Source: Octopus sinensis (lineage: Eukaryota). From it: DNA of 64,000 nt. The translations under genes and the position numbers were made by a program. The stretch spans positions 47,802,001 to 47,866,000 of the forward strand of contig NC_042998.1 in assembly GCF_006345805.1 (NCBI RefSeq), in the 5' to 3' direction. This document shows, one piece after another, positions 1 to 11,852 of the stretch. The notes beneath the pieces were generated by a model that searched no databases, was not told where the DNA came from, and was given only the letters and a program-made list of their open reading frames with translations. The number at the start of each line of letters is the position of its first letter. The first letter of the stretch is position 1.

Positions 1-191
1 TGCAAAACAAATTTTTGAATAAATAGATGACTCAAAGGACATGTTTTTTTCTTCTTCAGTGCTGTTTCTAATTAATGACTGCAGGCACAACCTTATAGCT
101 AAGAAATGTGCTTTAGTCATTCAATGGTTCCAGGTTCTATATTGCAATGCATCACTTCAAGTCAAGCTTATCTACCTGAACTACAGCTCAC

Positions 192-228
192 CTAAAACCT
201 TCCAAGTGAAAGTTTTTGTAGATGAAAA
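192..228 (-). CDS. Candidate coding exon (37 nt, FSSTKTFTWKVL) of an unidentified minus-strand gene
   Basis: Acceptor cttattttgtttgtag and donor TAG|gtgagc. Phase-0 start matches the phase-0 end of exon 376-517 across a 147-nt intron. Confidence 0.45.
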
Positions 229-375
229 CTACAAACAAAATAAGATGAATTGATATATATTTGTATATATATATAAGCAGAGCATTAACTCCTAGAGTGT
301 TGAACAAAATATTTTGCAGTATTCAGTTAAGTCATTGTGCATTTTGAGTTCAAATCTAGCTGAAATTCGCCTTAC

Positions 376-517
376 TTTTTCGTGATAAATACCAGACAAT
401 GTAATGTAATCAACATATAACTTTCTACAGCCAGATGTTCTTCTTGTTGCCAACCCTAACTTGTTTCCAAGAAAGGTAAATTTTTTCTCTCCTGGCAGAA
501 CATGTTTTTGCACAAGA
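376..517 (-). CDS. Internal coding exon (142 nt, LVQKHVLPGEKKFTFLGNKLGLATRRTSGCRKLYVDYITLSGIYHEK), product not recognised
   Basis: Acceptor gtcctttcatttccag and donor AAA|gtaagg. Open, non-repetitive frame (phase 2 to 0) in CpG-depleted DNA. Confidence 0.65.
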
Positions 518-674
518 CTGGAAATGAAAGGACATTGCTTGCACGATGTTAACATCCACTCAAGCAATGTCAAGTAAGGAGACAGTAACACAAACACAAA
601 TGCATCTATATATATGTATATATATATATATATATAACAAATAAGATATATATATATACACATACATACATGCA

Positions 675-1005
675 TATATGGGTACAGGACATCACCAACA
701 GTGCAAATAACATGAAATGCATAAACAAATGAGGGAAAAATGAGTGAAATACATAAACGAGAAAAAAATGCAAAACGGGGCAAGTTAACACAGAGAAAGG
801 AACCTTCATCAGTTATCGTCTGTCTATCTACTCCTCATTTCGAGCATTCAACGACAATATGAGTTTCCAAAGACACTTGCTCCCATAAATTCCAAACTAA
901 GATTTAGGATTTATGGAGGGTCAAAGTTGGGAACAAAAAAATGACAGTGGAAACATACAAGGAAACTGAACAAAAACAAACATAGAGGGTCATTAGACCA
1001 GAACA
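675..1005. repeat. Interspersed repeat remnant embedded in a TA microsatellite
   Basis: Its terminal motif atatgggtacaggac recurs near 12943, and both ends are flanked by (TA)n. Confidence 0.35.
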
Positions 1006-1032
1006 AATATATGTATATATATATATATATAT

Positions 1033-1200
1033 ATAAAGTTAATCCAAACAAGAAAGCACAAAAAAACACAACAACGTGAGGATGTGGAACAAATATAGTA
1101 TTATTGGACGCTCAGGAAAGAAGGAGGGTTTAACGTTTCGAGCGGAGCTCTTCGTCGGAAACATAGGAGAAGGAAAGATCCAGAGAAGGGAAGACAGAGG
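1033..1200 (-). mobile_element. Penelope-like element terminal fragment in (TA)n, containing a hammerhead motif
   Basis: Closely similar copy at 27789-27985; both contain the same hammerhead-like core. Confidence 0.6.
1128..1162 (-). ncRNA. Minimal hammerhead ribozyme-like motif with a U4C variant core
   Basis: RNA GUUU-CCGACGA-A-GAGC-UCC-GCUC-GAAA-CG-UU-AAAC: stem I GUUU/AAAC, stem II GAGC/GCUC, palindromic stem III AACGUU, NUH=GUU. Confidence 0.55.
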
Positions 1201-3211
1201 AATATATATATATATGGCAAGATTATTTTCAGTTTCTGCCTACCACATTCACCCACAGGGCTTGGGTTGGCTTGGAACTATGATACAAGATACTTGCGCC
1301 TAAAGTATCATGCAATGGGACTGAACCTAAAACTATGTGGTTGGGAAGCAAACATCTTACCATATAGCCATCTTGGCCTTATTCATCCTAATAATGAATT
1401 TGTGATTCTTTATACAGTAAGAAGGTTGAAAATAGTTTATAGTGTCAGTTATGGTTTGAATAACAGAACAAGGAAATTTCCAAGAATATGATAATTGATG
1501 TAGAATGAGTGGGGGAAAATAGCAGAAAAATACAGAAAAAAGATTGATATTTAATAGGAAAAGCAGAGATGATTTTTTTTTCAGGAAAATTCAGGAAATA
1601 CACAGTCAGTCCTGGTCAAATGGTAGTTTGAAAAATGATGAGTTTGAGGATCACTGCATCTGCAAATCACTGATTTTTATACCACCCATGAATCTAGCAA
1701 AGAGTTTATTTTCTTTCTTTTTTGTTTTAAGAGAGCCAAAACTTGAAACCAGATGATGGCCTAGTGCTTAAGAATCTGAAATGGTTATGTTTATAGCAAC
1801 AAAGTTAATTTATTTAATGTAAGAAGCATTAAAATGCTAACTAGAAAGAAAAATGTGACAAGGAAAAAGTTATGTTAGTTCAATAACACTGACTTACAAT
1901 ATTTTTTTACCAAATTCTTGCTGCAGTAGTGATTTGGCATAGAAAAATAGAATTATTCAGAGAATAATTATTTCAGAGATGCCATTCACAATAACAAAAC
2001 AATAATTTAGTTAGTGTTAACATATTTAATAAAAGATATAATTAAGAAGGTATTTATGCCAGAGTTCGGCAAAGCTAGCAAAAAACTTAGAATATGTGCT
2101 TGAAAGTCAAAAGGTGAGCTTTTGCTTCTTACAAATGAAACCATGTACACAAAAAACTTCTCTTCATTCATAACCAAGACCAAAAATGTTCATGCTTTTT
2201 TTTTTTTCAATCAACAATAAAAACTATTTCTTCAAGTTTTCTTAAACCAGGGTTACCTTCTGACAACTTTTTCACCCAATCCTCTTACATTATAAGTCCA
2301 AATCGGAATGATTAATTCTCCTGCATCTGCCTACTGACAATTTCAGTACCCAGCATTTATCAAAGTCAACATCGCTTATTTAACAGAATCATATTTAATC
2401 TTCTTCAGTCTTGTGCTCCTATAATGAGATGATTTCAGCCCTTATAAGAAACCTAGTGTACACACAAATCAAGATTATCTTGAAGATCATTCTTCATAGT
2501 CCAGGTTTACCTCCATAGCAAAGAATGTCCTATGCTCATGCCCTGAAGAAGGCCAGCTTTGTTGACTTCAAAATAATTGATTATCAGCTGTTTTAAAAGA
2601 TGTTATTTTTATTGCTCAATGCATAGATGGCTTTGAAAGCAACTACAATCATGATCAACAATAGACCTATATCAGATGTTATATCTCAATGCTTCTGCAC
2701 CTCAACAGAGAATAAAGACCCCTCAGCTACATTGATGTGATTAATAGAAAAACATAACACGAAATTAATGGCCTATCAAAAATAATCAGGGACATTCTTG
2801 GTATGCATGGTGTAATCCACCCTGGTTGCTATCACTTGAAGAAGAGTACTGAACCCATTTCTCTTCAACCAATGTAATTCCTAAACAGGTCAATGCATGT
2901 GGCTTACTATCATGGATGTTTCATAATTCCTGCCATTGACACAAAATGAGAAATGATTCATGCTAATGAAAAGAATATTCTGCTCATTTCTTACTCTTAC
3001 ATAACAACTATCAGTACTATTACTGTTGTTTAACAACCAGTCAACCTAGTACAAAAGACCTCTGATCAAAAGCATACCAACACAGACTATCCCATTTATG
3101 TATCTGTGTGTGAACACATTGCCCATGCTCTTTACAGTTCAATACTCTTCCTCGAGAAACATGATTTGAGACCAGCATCAACAGGGCAAATATACGACAA
3201 AACTGTGGTAA

Positions 3212-3436
3212 TTAACCCTTTCGTTACCAACCCGGCTGAAACTGGCTCTGGCTCTGAGTACAAATGTCTTGTTTTCATAAGTTTTGAATTAAAATCTTCC
3301 ACCAAACCTTGGTCACAATTCATGTTCCTAACACTAGCTTAATGATAAAGTTATTTTACTAAAGTATTTGTTATATTTAAAGTAATTGAAAGAAACACAG
3401 AGCATCTCAAAATAAATACGGTAACAAAAATGTTAA
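3212..3436. mobile_element. piggyBac-type MITE
   Basis: TTAA|CCCTTTCGTTACC at the left end and GGTAACAAAAATG|TTAA at the right. Related decayed copies near 47090-47240 and 52790-52930. Confidence 0.6.
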
Positions 3437-4088
3437 TGTATATTATCGTAGCTTTCAACTCATGGCCTAAACATTCAAGAAAGAGATAAAAGTTCTGTTA
3501 TATGTTACCTCAAATCCAATGAACACCAGAATATAAGCCAAAACTGAGAGCATTTGCTGAAGTAAGCTTTGGAAAAAGTATTCACAACATAAAAATTTTT
3601 TTTATTTTCATGCCTGCTATTGCTATCCTCCTCCCTTTCATGGATGTCTTTTTTATTGTCAGTAAATAAAATGATCATATATATTGTAAATTCATTTCAG
3701 TACAACCCACTCAAGATTTAATTACATATGTAGAAGTAATTGCATATGTATGTATATGTATATGTAAACTATTCTGAGCAGAGGAAGTGATTTAAGAGTA
3801 TAAAGTATTCATACTCTTAAATCCTTGTGCCTGGTTTTATATTTAAAAAAATAGAGAACAAACCCTGAATTTAAAATATACAGAACACAGCCTTTTGGAC
3901 AAACTATTACTTCTACTTGAAGTGATCTAGTGATCTTTCTAAGAAATGACCATAAAACCACAAGATTAAAACAATCAAGGGAACAGGTTAGCTTCAAAAC
4001 AAAAAATTCACAATAACTAGTGATCCACAATTGCAGTGTTTCTTAAAGAGGATGGGGCTGTAAATATTAAAAGGAGAAATTGCCATGT

Positions 4089-4298
4089 TTAACCCTTTAG
4101 CTTTCAGATTATTTTATTAAATGTAATGTTCCCTTGGAATTAATCATGCATTATATTGTAGCTTCGAGATTTCAATGATATGATTATATGTTTTATGAAT
4201 GACATTGTAGTGCATGTGTAAGAGGTCAGATCAGGCCAGTTTGAACATAAAGCAGAATATTTGGACTGGATATGACCAGTTTAAATGCTAAGGAGTTA
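4089..4298. mobile_element. piggyBac-type MITE (second family), apparently nested in a CAGTG...CACTG element (about 4034-4457)
   Basis: TTAACCCTTTAGC left end and GCTAAGGAGTTAA right end. Same family at 26870-27087, 46130-46310 and 48660-48887. Confidence 0.65.
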
Positions 4299-5304
4299 AA
4301 CGTTTTAAACTTATCCAATACCATGGTGAAGAAAGAAGAATTATATCGATGCAAACTTTGTTTAGAACTTCTCAGTAACAAAAGCATGGATGTAAATTTC
4401 ATTGCTATTTGGAAGAAGAGGGGAGGGCTGACATTTGTCAAATTTTGAGGACCACTGCATTGATGTATTGTATCCTGCCCTCACCACTGCTATTGTAACT
4501 GTAAAGTATTCTGCATCTTAGAGGCTGGTGGCTTTTATATCACCAGGATTCAATTGCATCCCTATATTTTTTATTTCAAATACAGTCTGACCATACAAAC
4601 TTCCAAATAAACATCACCCAGTCCTTTATTTCCAGAAAAACAACCCATTGAGAAACCTGCCCTACTCATGTTTCAATGGGACTTTACCAAAGAATAAATG
4701 TTTGAAAAATTATTCTTACAAATATAAGAATATTCTGAATAACTTCTATCCATTATTTGCATGTATTATTTCAAAATAAAATCTCTCATGACATTGAGTG
4801 CTGTGGTTTCAAGTTCACAAACCTTTGAGCATCTAACTCAACATAAGTAGATTGTTAAAATCTAGACAGCTGATACTGTTTCAATAACCCAACATATTTT
4901 GTACAGTATGTCCTGAAAGTTTGGCTGGATGCTATCCTACCATGTGAAGCTTTGCAAGCAACAACTGAACCATCTGAAGGTTATTTGAAAGTCTAGCAGA
5001 GTGAAGAGTTATAAAAACATTGCAAGATTAGAAATGATATCAGTACATTTCCTGGCTCTGTGACCAAACACTCATTCAATCAAATAATAAATCTTGGTTT
5101 GAAAATGCTTTAATTTTACATATGAAGTTGATTGGAAATTGATTCTTTTGTATTGATGGTGTAAACAATTTCATAGTTAAAATATATTCTATAATTAAAT
5201 GGTGACCAAAGTGATTTAGTTAGAGCATTTTTTCTGAAGAAGATCTCAATAAGATTTAAGCAATGTTGTATTAAAGTAATGAAAATTGGTTTCAAATTTT
5301 GTTC

Positions 5305-5500
5305 CAAGGCCAGCAGTTTCAGGGAAGTGGGTAAGTTAATTACATTGACCCCAGTGCTCAACTGGTACTTATTTTATCAACCCTGAAAGGATGAAAGACA
5401 AAACTGACCTCGAGAGAATTTGAACTCGGAACATAAAGACAAACGAAATGTCACAAAGCATTTTGCCTGGCATGCTAATGATTTTGCCAGCTTGCCCCCT
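5305..5500 (-). mobile_element. SINE family A (tRNA-headed, resembles octopus OK-type), CpG-decayed copy
   Basis: Aligns with intact copies (11438, 62145) but with many CG to TG/CA changes. Confidence 0.8.
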
Positions 5501-6177
5501 TTCTGTAATGAAATATTAAAGGATAAAAGCTTCAGCTATTTAAAATTCATCATTATTTTTATAATATGGTAAAATAAATCTTATACTATATTGGGCCATT
5601 ATGAAGGGCAAAAATGCAATCTCTAAAATATAAATATATTAAAATTTATTAATTTATGCATGGGATAGATTTGAAACAACTTATATATCTTGCAAATCTT
5701 TTATGGAGAAGTTTAGAAGTGTTTGAAGAGTTCATCTTAGTCTCGAAAAATGGGTGACTAAGGCAAGGCAAATGACCTGTGGCTTATCTCTAAACCCATT
5801 ATCTTTTAAATGGAGCCACATATTTAAAACTAATCTAACTTTACAGTAATTGGTATATTATCATTGAATTACATCCTAGTATACATGGTAGTTGATATAA
5901 AACTATAACCTTCAAATGTACATTTAGCTAAAGAAACGCCTAAAATTTACTCAACATTTCAATAATTGCCTTCATGTAGTCTAATACATAAATAAAGTCT
6001 GATCTTAAGATCACCAGCTGAATATTGTATCTCCTTTGTTACAATCTCATACAGCCATTTAAGTGTTTTAACTGAACAAAGTTATTATATGTTATAAAAC
6101 AACTGAAGCTTTTACCCCATGCTAAGAAGCTTTAAAGCATAAAGATTTTTAAAATAGCTAAAAAAAAACATACATAC

Positions 6178-6223
6178 CTAAATGAGAAACTAGTTTAATT
6201 CCATCCAGACAACATGCAGCAAT
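6178..6223 (-). other. 46-nt exon, either 5'UTR or coding in phase 0 (IAACCLDGIKLVSHL)
   Basis: Strong acceptor ttaattttctttgcag and donor TAG|gtatgt; only one of three frames is open. Confidence 0.55.
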
Positions 6224-6596
6224 CTGCAAAGAAAATTAAAATATAGTTTGAGAACTATCCAATCAGTAATTATATAAGTTTATAATAAAATATTTAGTCA
6301 TAGGTCAGAAAATAACTTCGTCAGAGAAGATATAAAATATCGTATTCAAGTAGGACATGGCAATTATATTTATGTAATTCATGACCTTCAAGATATTGAG
6401 TAGTTAAGCAAATAGTATTGACCGACAAATTGATGTCATAGGTTTTTGAGAGTGGAACCCTGCTAATTAGATGTGAGATTAGATAAGCAGATCTGATTTT
6501 TTTATTTTATTCTATGTTCTTATGCCATTGGAGCGAAGCTGGTAGACGATTTTAATAAATCGTTGTTATAAAAACCTTCAATTCAAAAATACATAC

Positions 6597-6783
6597 TGAA
6601 TATGGTAACCACTTTAAATATCATATCTCTATAGGAGTATTCTCTTTCGAGAACAATCGATCGGGTTTTGATCCAGTCTTTCTCTATATATATAATAGGG
6701 GCGAGAATACTGTCACTAACGAAAGTTTCTAAATTCAAATAGACGATGAATTCATCATCATTGGACTGTAACTTTTTCGCCAT
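6597..6783 (-). CDS. Candidate first exon or uORF (MAKKLQSNDDEFIVYLNLETF...VVTIF, 62 aa)
   Basis: gtgATGG start context, non-repetitive open frame and TCA|gtatgt donor. Splicing to 6223 gives an early stop. Confidence 0.3.
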
Positions 6784-7239
6784 CACGTTTGGGTTGACAG
6801 GAAACAATAAATATAAGGGGCTTAACTCTTTGGAGACACTTTTTGTTACTAATTGTTTATCGTCGCCAACATCACCACCACGACCAATACCAACACCATC
6901 ATCACCAGCACCACCACCACCACAACTAATGCGTTTGTTTTTCCTTTTTTTCTTTTTTTTTTCAAAAATCATTTTCTATTGTCAAATATTCCCAGTTTCA
7001 AAATAAAAAAAAATAAAAACTATAACGGGTAAAGCAAAAGATTATGAAATATCTAAAGTAGAGCTGAACAAGCTATAAGTTTTTTTGTTTTTTTTTTCAG
7101 GGAAGAGATAATGGATCAGATACACACACACACATGCCTGCACACAAACACACACGCACGCAAGATGAGAAATTTCATAAATTTACAGCAAAAACAAAAT
7201 ACGTAAAACAACAGTGAAGACAAAAGGAGAAAGCTAAAA

Positions 7240-7620
7240 TGTAACGCCATCACCTGTCGTTGAATCGCTGGAGCTTCTGCCTGCGCCGTCACCGCCCACA
7301 ACTGATTGTCATAGAACTAACTAAACAGAAAGCGAGGAGCATATTGTTATCCGTTGTTTTCAATTGTCGTATAATACGCACACATAGTGGAAATGACTAT
7401 ACGATGGATAAGCTACTCCGATACTTTCGTTCCGTGGTCAAATAAATTGCGTTTGAGCGAAATAAAACGAATTTCAACCGACTCTATAGTTACGAGCATC
7501 AATGTGATGTGGGCGAGTTTGCTGCAGTCCCGTGACCGGCCAGCGCGTGGATGATGCAGGGGAGGCAAACGAAGACAAAGTCAGTACTCAGGGGAGATAA
7601 TTCTCATCATTCGGCTTATT
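7240..7620 (-). promoter_or_regulatory. CpG-rich probable promoter and non-coding first exon, with a donor after 7254 (CAG|gtgatg)
   Basis: Unique CpG-rich DNA at the edge of the CpG-depleted domain, upstream of the minus-strand exons. Confidence 0.5.
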
Positions 7621-7797
7621 TGACAATACTGCGAAAAGTAATTGTCAAAAAGTACCATAATATTTTGTATGGCATCAAACACGAAATCAAAAGCAAATTT
7701 CACGGTAATTATAGAAAGCTAACAGATAGAAATTCGACGATATGCAACTATTTCAGTATTTAGTATAATATAGTGACTCTAAAAATTCATTCTAAAG

Positions 7798-7946
7798 CAG
7801 TGCTCCACGACCTTTTTTCCCTTGTGGTACACTTATATTCTTTACAAATTTCGGAGGAAAAAATTACATTCAGGTTACACTGTGACACACCTAGCATCGT
7901 TTCGTGACACGCCAGAGTGCCACGGCATACCGGTTGCAGAGTACTG
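7798..7946. mobile_element. hAT-type MITE
   Basis: CAGTGCTCCACGACC left end and GGTTGCAGAGTACTG right end. A homologous copy at 46576-46760 has an ACCTAG target duplication. Confidence 0.6.
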
Positions 7947-8889
7947 GAAGGTTACAGCTTAGTTTTGTCGCTAAATAACAAAAAATTTATTTACACATTA
8001 CACACACATTACTGGTTTACTAGTACGTTGAACAGATGAAATTCCAAGTGAACGATTGAAATTAAAGCCGTGGGTTCGTTCCCTCATCTCTGTTTAAAAT
8101 ATATTGTATATAAATACAACGTCTTAACTCCTAAACATACTGGTGTTGCATAACGATCTTATGCATTTATATTCTTTTGTATAATACACATACACACACG
8201 GTGGTGGGGTGAGTGTGTGGTGGTTGGAAGAATGGTAAGAGCACCGGATGAAATGCGTTGCGTTATTCGATCCAGCTTTCTGCATTCCCAGTACGATTTC
8301 TACCGAGGTGAACTTTGTTTTACATCTTTTCAGACGTCTAGTGTGCTGTCATCGAATCCTCTCTCTCGCCCACCCTCCCTCTCCTTCTTTACACCTATAA
8401 CACAAGCATCTCTGTTGGCGCACTGTCGCTCTGGTTCGGCTTTAAAATTCTGTTAAAGACACGCGTGTCTGTGGAATGGTCCAGCTGTTCACACCGTCAA
8501 TTTAATAAGTAGGAATTCAGTTGGTTGACGAAATGAATACCCGTCGTCGAGACCGACAGAGTGCCTGTCTATTTGTCTGTAACTTGTAAAAATAAACCTA
8601 GTAATTAGGGTCAGTATGGGGTGCAACATTCAGTAGCATAGCTGAAGAGGGGAGAAGAACTTTTATTATGGAAGCGGCACTTTTGTGTCTGCTTCTAACC
8701 GATATAGGCTTGGCAGTCCTGAGGGGAGTCGGCAAATTCAAGGGTTGCCTCGGGCGGCACACACTTTCACTTTACCACTGGCAACATTCAATTCAGATAC
8801 AATTATTTATATTCACTAATACGAAAACTTTATAAGCAGTCAATTCAAACATATAACAGAGATTATCAAATATATCAAAAGAATTATTT

Positions 8890-9310
8890 CATTTATTGCA
8901 TTAATGGTGCAAGCTCGCTTTGCAACCACGTGGTTTCTGGTTCAGGGCCCATTATGCGGCAGTTTGGTTATGTGTCTTCAACTATATACCCCGAGCCAAC
9001 TAATGCCACGTGAAAGAATTTGGTAAAGTGTAACTGTATAGAAGTCCGGCTTGTATAGATAAGTAGACAGACAGATATATACCACTTCACAACTGGTGTT
9101 GGGTTTCTTTATGTCACGTAATCGAGCGATTTGGCTAAAGATAAATATATATACCGTTTGACAACCGGTGTTGGATTTGTTTATGTCCCCGTAACTAAGC
9201 AATTCAGAAAAAGAGACCGATGGAATATATATCAGATTTAAAAAAAAAAAAAAGACGAGCGTTGATATATTCAACTAAAATTCTTCAATGTCTGGATCAA
9301 GTAAAAGATA
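8890..9310 (+). mobile_element. SINE family B (CORE-type), decayed
   Basis: Head and tail modules are homologous to 63558-63948. Confidence 0.65.
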
Positions 9311-9359
9311 AAAAATATATTCGGACGTATCATACGTAAGGAAGAAATAACTTTTCTGA

Positions 9360-9570
9360 GCAGCCGGACGCCGTCATGGTGGCCGAGTTCGGTCAACAAT
9401 GTTCAGGAGTCAACAACTCAAGCATGTCGATGAAGGCCATCGCAAAGCAGATCAGATGAACGTAGTGGAGTCCACTGTCAGACATATAGAGCGCGTGAAC
9501 ATTAGACATAAATCCTATGTAACAAGGAAGAAGACAGTAATGTCCAGCAAGATTCAAGGAAACCATGTAG
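9360..9570 (+). pseudogene. Mariner (maT-like) transposase N-terminal HTH remnant
   Basis: Frameshifted translation SMSMKAIAKQ / MNVVESTVRHIERVNIRHKSYVTRKKTVMS resembles the second helix-turn-helix of mariner/Tc1 transposases. Confidence 0.55.
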
Positions 9571-9790
9571 TCATCAACATCACATGATCTACTAGCTCGC
9601 CTGCTTTGACTCCAAGAGATTGCTGCATCTGCGGCAGTGTCGAGCATTGATCCTGTTGGCGGCCCTACGGTGTCGGGAATTTGTTGAGGGCTTCCGTATA
9701 CAATGGTTGTGACTGTAGTGGGCAAGGATGGAAGTCTCTGGCACAAGGATGGAGTCGCTTCTGTGACTGCATCGGCGACGGGGGTGCATT
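9570..9790 (-). pseudogene. Probable RTE-clade LINE 3' end remnant
   Basis: Basic C-terminal-like peptide ending in a (GAT)-like tail; similarity is weak. Confidence 0.35.
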
Positions 9791-9999
9791 TTATCGATGT
9801 ATCTAGTTGAATACATACTCCGTTTTTCTGTGGGTATGTACTTTAGTTCTTGTTTGATGCTTTCGTGTGTGTGTGTATTTTTATCGTGTTCACAAATGCT
9901 GAGGGCATCATGTACACAAGATATTCTATACATATGCATATGTGTGTGGGGGGTGAGGTATGCATGCATATATATTCGTTCGATTTGTTTTTTCCGACT

Positions 10000-10745
10000 A
10001 TTTAGAGAGAGGAAAACAAGATCGCAGAGAGTACCAGCAGAAACCATCACAGAGCTGGACTTCGCAGATGATATAGTATTTATATCTAATGAAATAGATC
10101 AAGCATAGCAGCTGCCCATCAGAGAAGAAACATCGGCTGCCAGAACTGAACTGCCCACAAATGCCAAGAAAACCGAATACCTGTTTCAACCAATCCCATG
10201 ATACTGGAACTGTTTGCTTTGAGCGGTTCCAAATATTGTTGGAAATTTCAAGTACTTAGGTGGCTGGGAGAGCAGTTCGGAAGCAGGCATCAAGATCAGG
10301 AAGGCTGAAGTATGGACAGCTTGACGCAAACTAAAATAGGTAGGAACTCCAAATTGCTCAGGAGAATCAAAATCAAACTGTTCGCTGCAACTGTTGAATC
10401 AGTGCTATTATAGAGCAGTGAAACAAAGACACTGGTAAAGAAAGGATACTACGAATGTGAAATGACAGCAACATATGACAGACGAACACCTTTATGGAGA
10501 CCTGCCAATAGTTAGCAAGATCAGGCAAAGGCAGCTGCGACTACCTGGTCACTGCGTGCACCACCCAACGCTGGGAGCATCCAAATTAATCTTGTGGACC
10601 TACTTCATGCTAATGTAACAAGAGGAAAGGGTCTTCACGCTTACATCGACAACTTGGTCGCAGACAATGTATCCAAGATCTCGAGGCAGTGATGTTGGAC
10701 CGAGAAGTGTGATAGGTGGTCTTTGTTGTTGAGGCCCGGGTTGGA
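10000..10745 (+). pseudogene. RTE-clade LINE reverse transcriptase C-terminal fragment
   Basis: ITELDFADDIVFIS (FADD motif), NAKKTEY, FKYLG, KIKLFAATVESVLL and QLRLPGHC, with stops and frameshifts. Confidence 0.85.
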
Positions 10746-10746
10746 A

Positions 10747-11020
10747 CATCATCATCATCGTTTAACGTCCGTTTTCCGCGCTAGCACGGGTTGGACGGTT
10801 CGACCGGGGCCTGGGGAGCCAGGGGCTGCTCCAGGCTCCAGTCTGATCTGGCAGTGTTTCTACAGCTGGATGCCCTTCCTAACGCCAACCACTCCGCGAG
10901 TGTAGTGGGTGCTTTTTACGTGCCACCTGCACAGGTGCCAGAGGGGTCTGGCATCGGCCACGATCGGTTGGTGCTTTTTATGTGCCACCGGCACAGAAGC
11001 CAGTCGAGCCCGGCCACTAA
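10747..11020 (-). mobile_element. Family D non-autonomous retroelement with (GAT)n tail and GGAAGGGCATCCAGCTGTAGAAA motif (RTE-related)
   Basis: Copies at 12567-12737, 49580-50082 (opposite orientation), 53079-53475 and 57300-57690; decayed copies near 40240 and 58990. Confidence 0.75.
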
Positions 11021-11437
11021 AAGAAAATGGGGAGTAATGACAGGCAGAAAGGGAGGGGGGAAGGCGAATTGTACCAGATATGAACAGATCTGATGCAATC
11101 ACTTGTTACATAGCCATTATGAAGGGAAAGAGGGGAGTAAGAGGGACAGGAATGCTTGTAGTAGGGGGATTGACCAATGTTTCTTATAATCATGCAAGTA
11201 ACATGGAACAATGAACAAGGCGGGGAAATGTAAAAGAAAAACCATTATATACGCAACGGGGGCAGCAGAAAGAGACTAACAGATATACATAAAAACAGAC
11301 ATATAAATACACATACATATTTAAGTATACATACGCGCGCGCGAATATATGCGATACTGTAATATATCGACAGACTTTTGGCCAAAGTGGTATATATAGA
11401 GAGAGATATATACAGTATATATACAGTGGTATATAAA

Positions 11438-11852
11438 GGCGGCGAGCTGGCAGAAACGTTAGCGCGTCGGGCGAAATGCTTTGCGGTATTTCGTCTGCCG
11501 TTACGTTCTGAGTTCAAACTCCGCCGAGGTCGACTTTGCCTTTCATCGTTTCGGGGTCGATTAAATAAGTACCAGTTTCGCACTGGGGTCGATATAATCG
11601 ACTTATTCAGTTTGTCTGTCCTTGTTTGTCCCCTCTGTGTTTAGCCCCTTGTGGGTAATAAAGAAATAGGTATTCCGTCTGCCGTTACGTTCTGAGTTCA
11701 AATTCCGCCGAGGTCGACTTTGCCTTTCATCGTTTCGGGGTCGATTAAATAAGTACCAGTTTCGCACTGGGGTCGATATAATCGACTTATTCAGTTTGTC
11801 TGTCCTTGTTTGTCCCCTCTGTGTTTAGCCCCTTGTGGGTAGTAAAGAAATC
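11438..11852 (+). mobile_element. SINE family A, one head plus two tandem 184-nt body units
   Basis: A-box TGGCAGAAACG and B-box GAGTTCAAATTC. Units 11485-11668 and 11669-11852 are nearly identical. Confidence 0.9.

Noticed and set aside
2540-2590. CTGAAGA followed by a hairpin, hammerhead-like
   Set aside because: GAAA is absent (CAAAA), stem II is mismatched and stem I is weak.
2250-2960. Possible L1/Tx1 RT remnant (FSFCVNG, LKRNGF)
   Set aside because: The motifs are in the wrong order and too short to support a call.
4941-4973. 33-nt minus-strand exon candidate, and similar ones near 2511-2542, 44870-44911 and 49117-49151
   Set aside because: Such short AG...GT intervals occur by chance and no homology supports them.
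7254-7345. In-frame TGA after MLLAFCLVSSMTISCGR as a possible selenocysteine codon
   Set aside because: The read-through frame meets TAG in the next exon, no SECIS is visible, and the peptide resembles no selenoprotein I know.
11438-11530. tRNA-like A and B boxes
   Set aside because: These are SINE heads in many diverged copies; no acceptor stem or complete cloverleaf.
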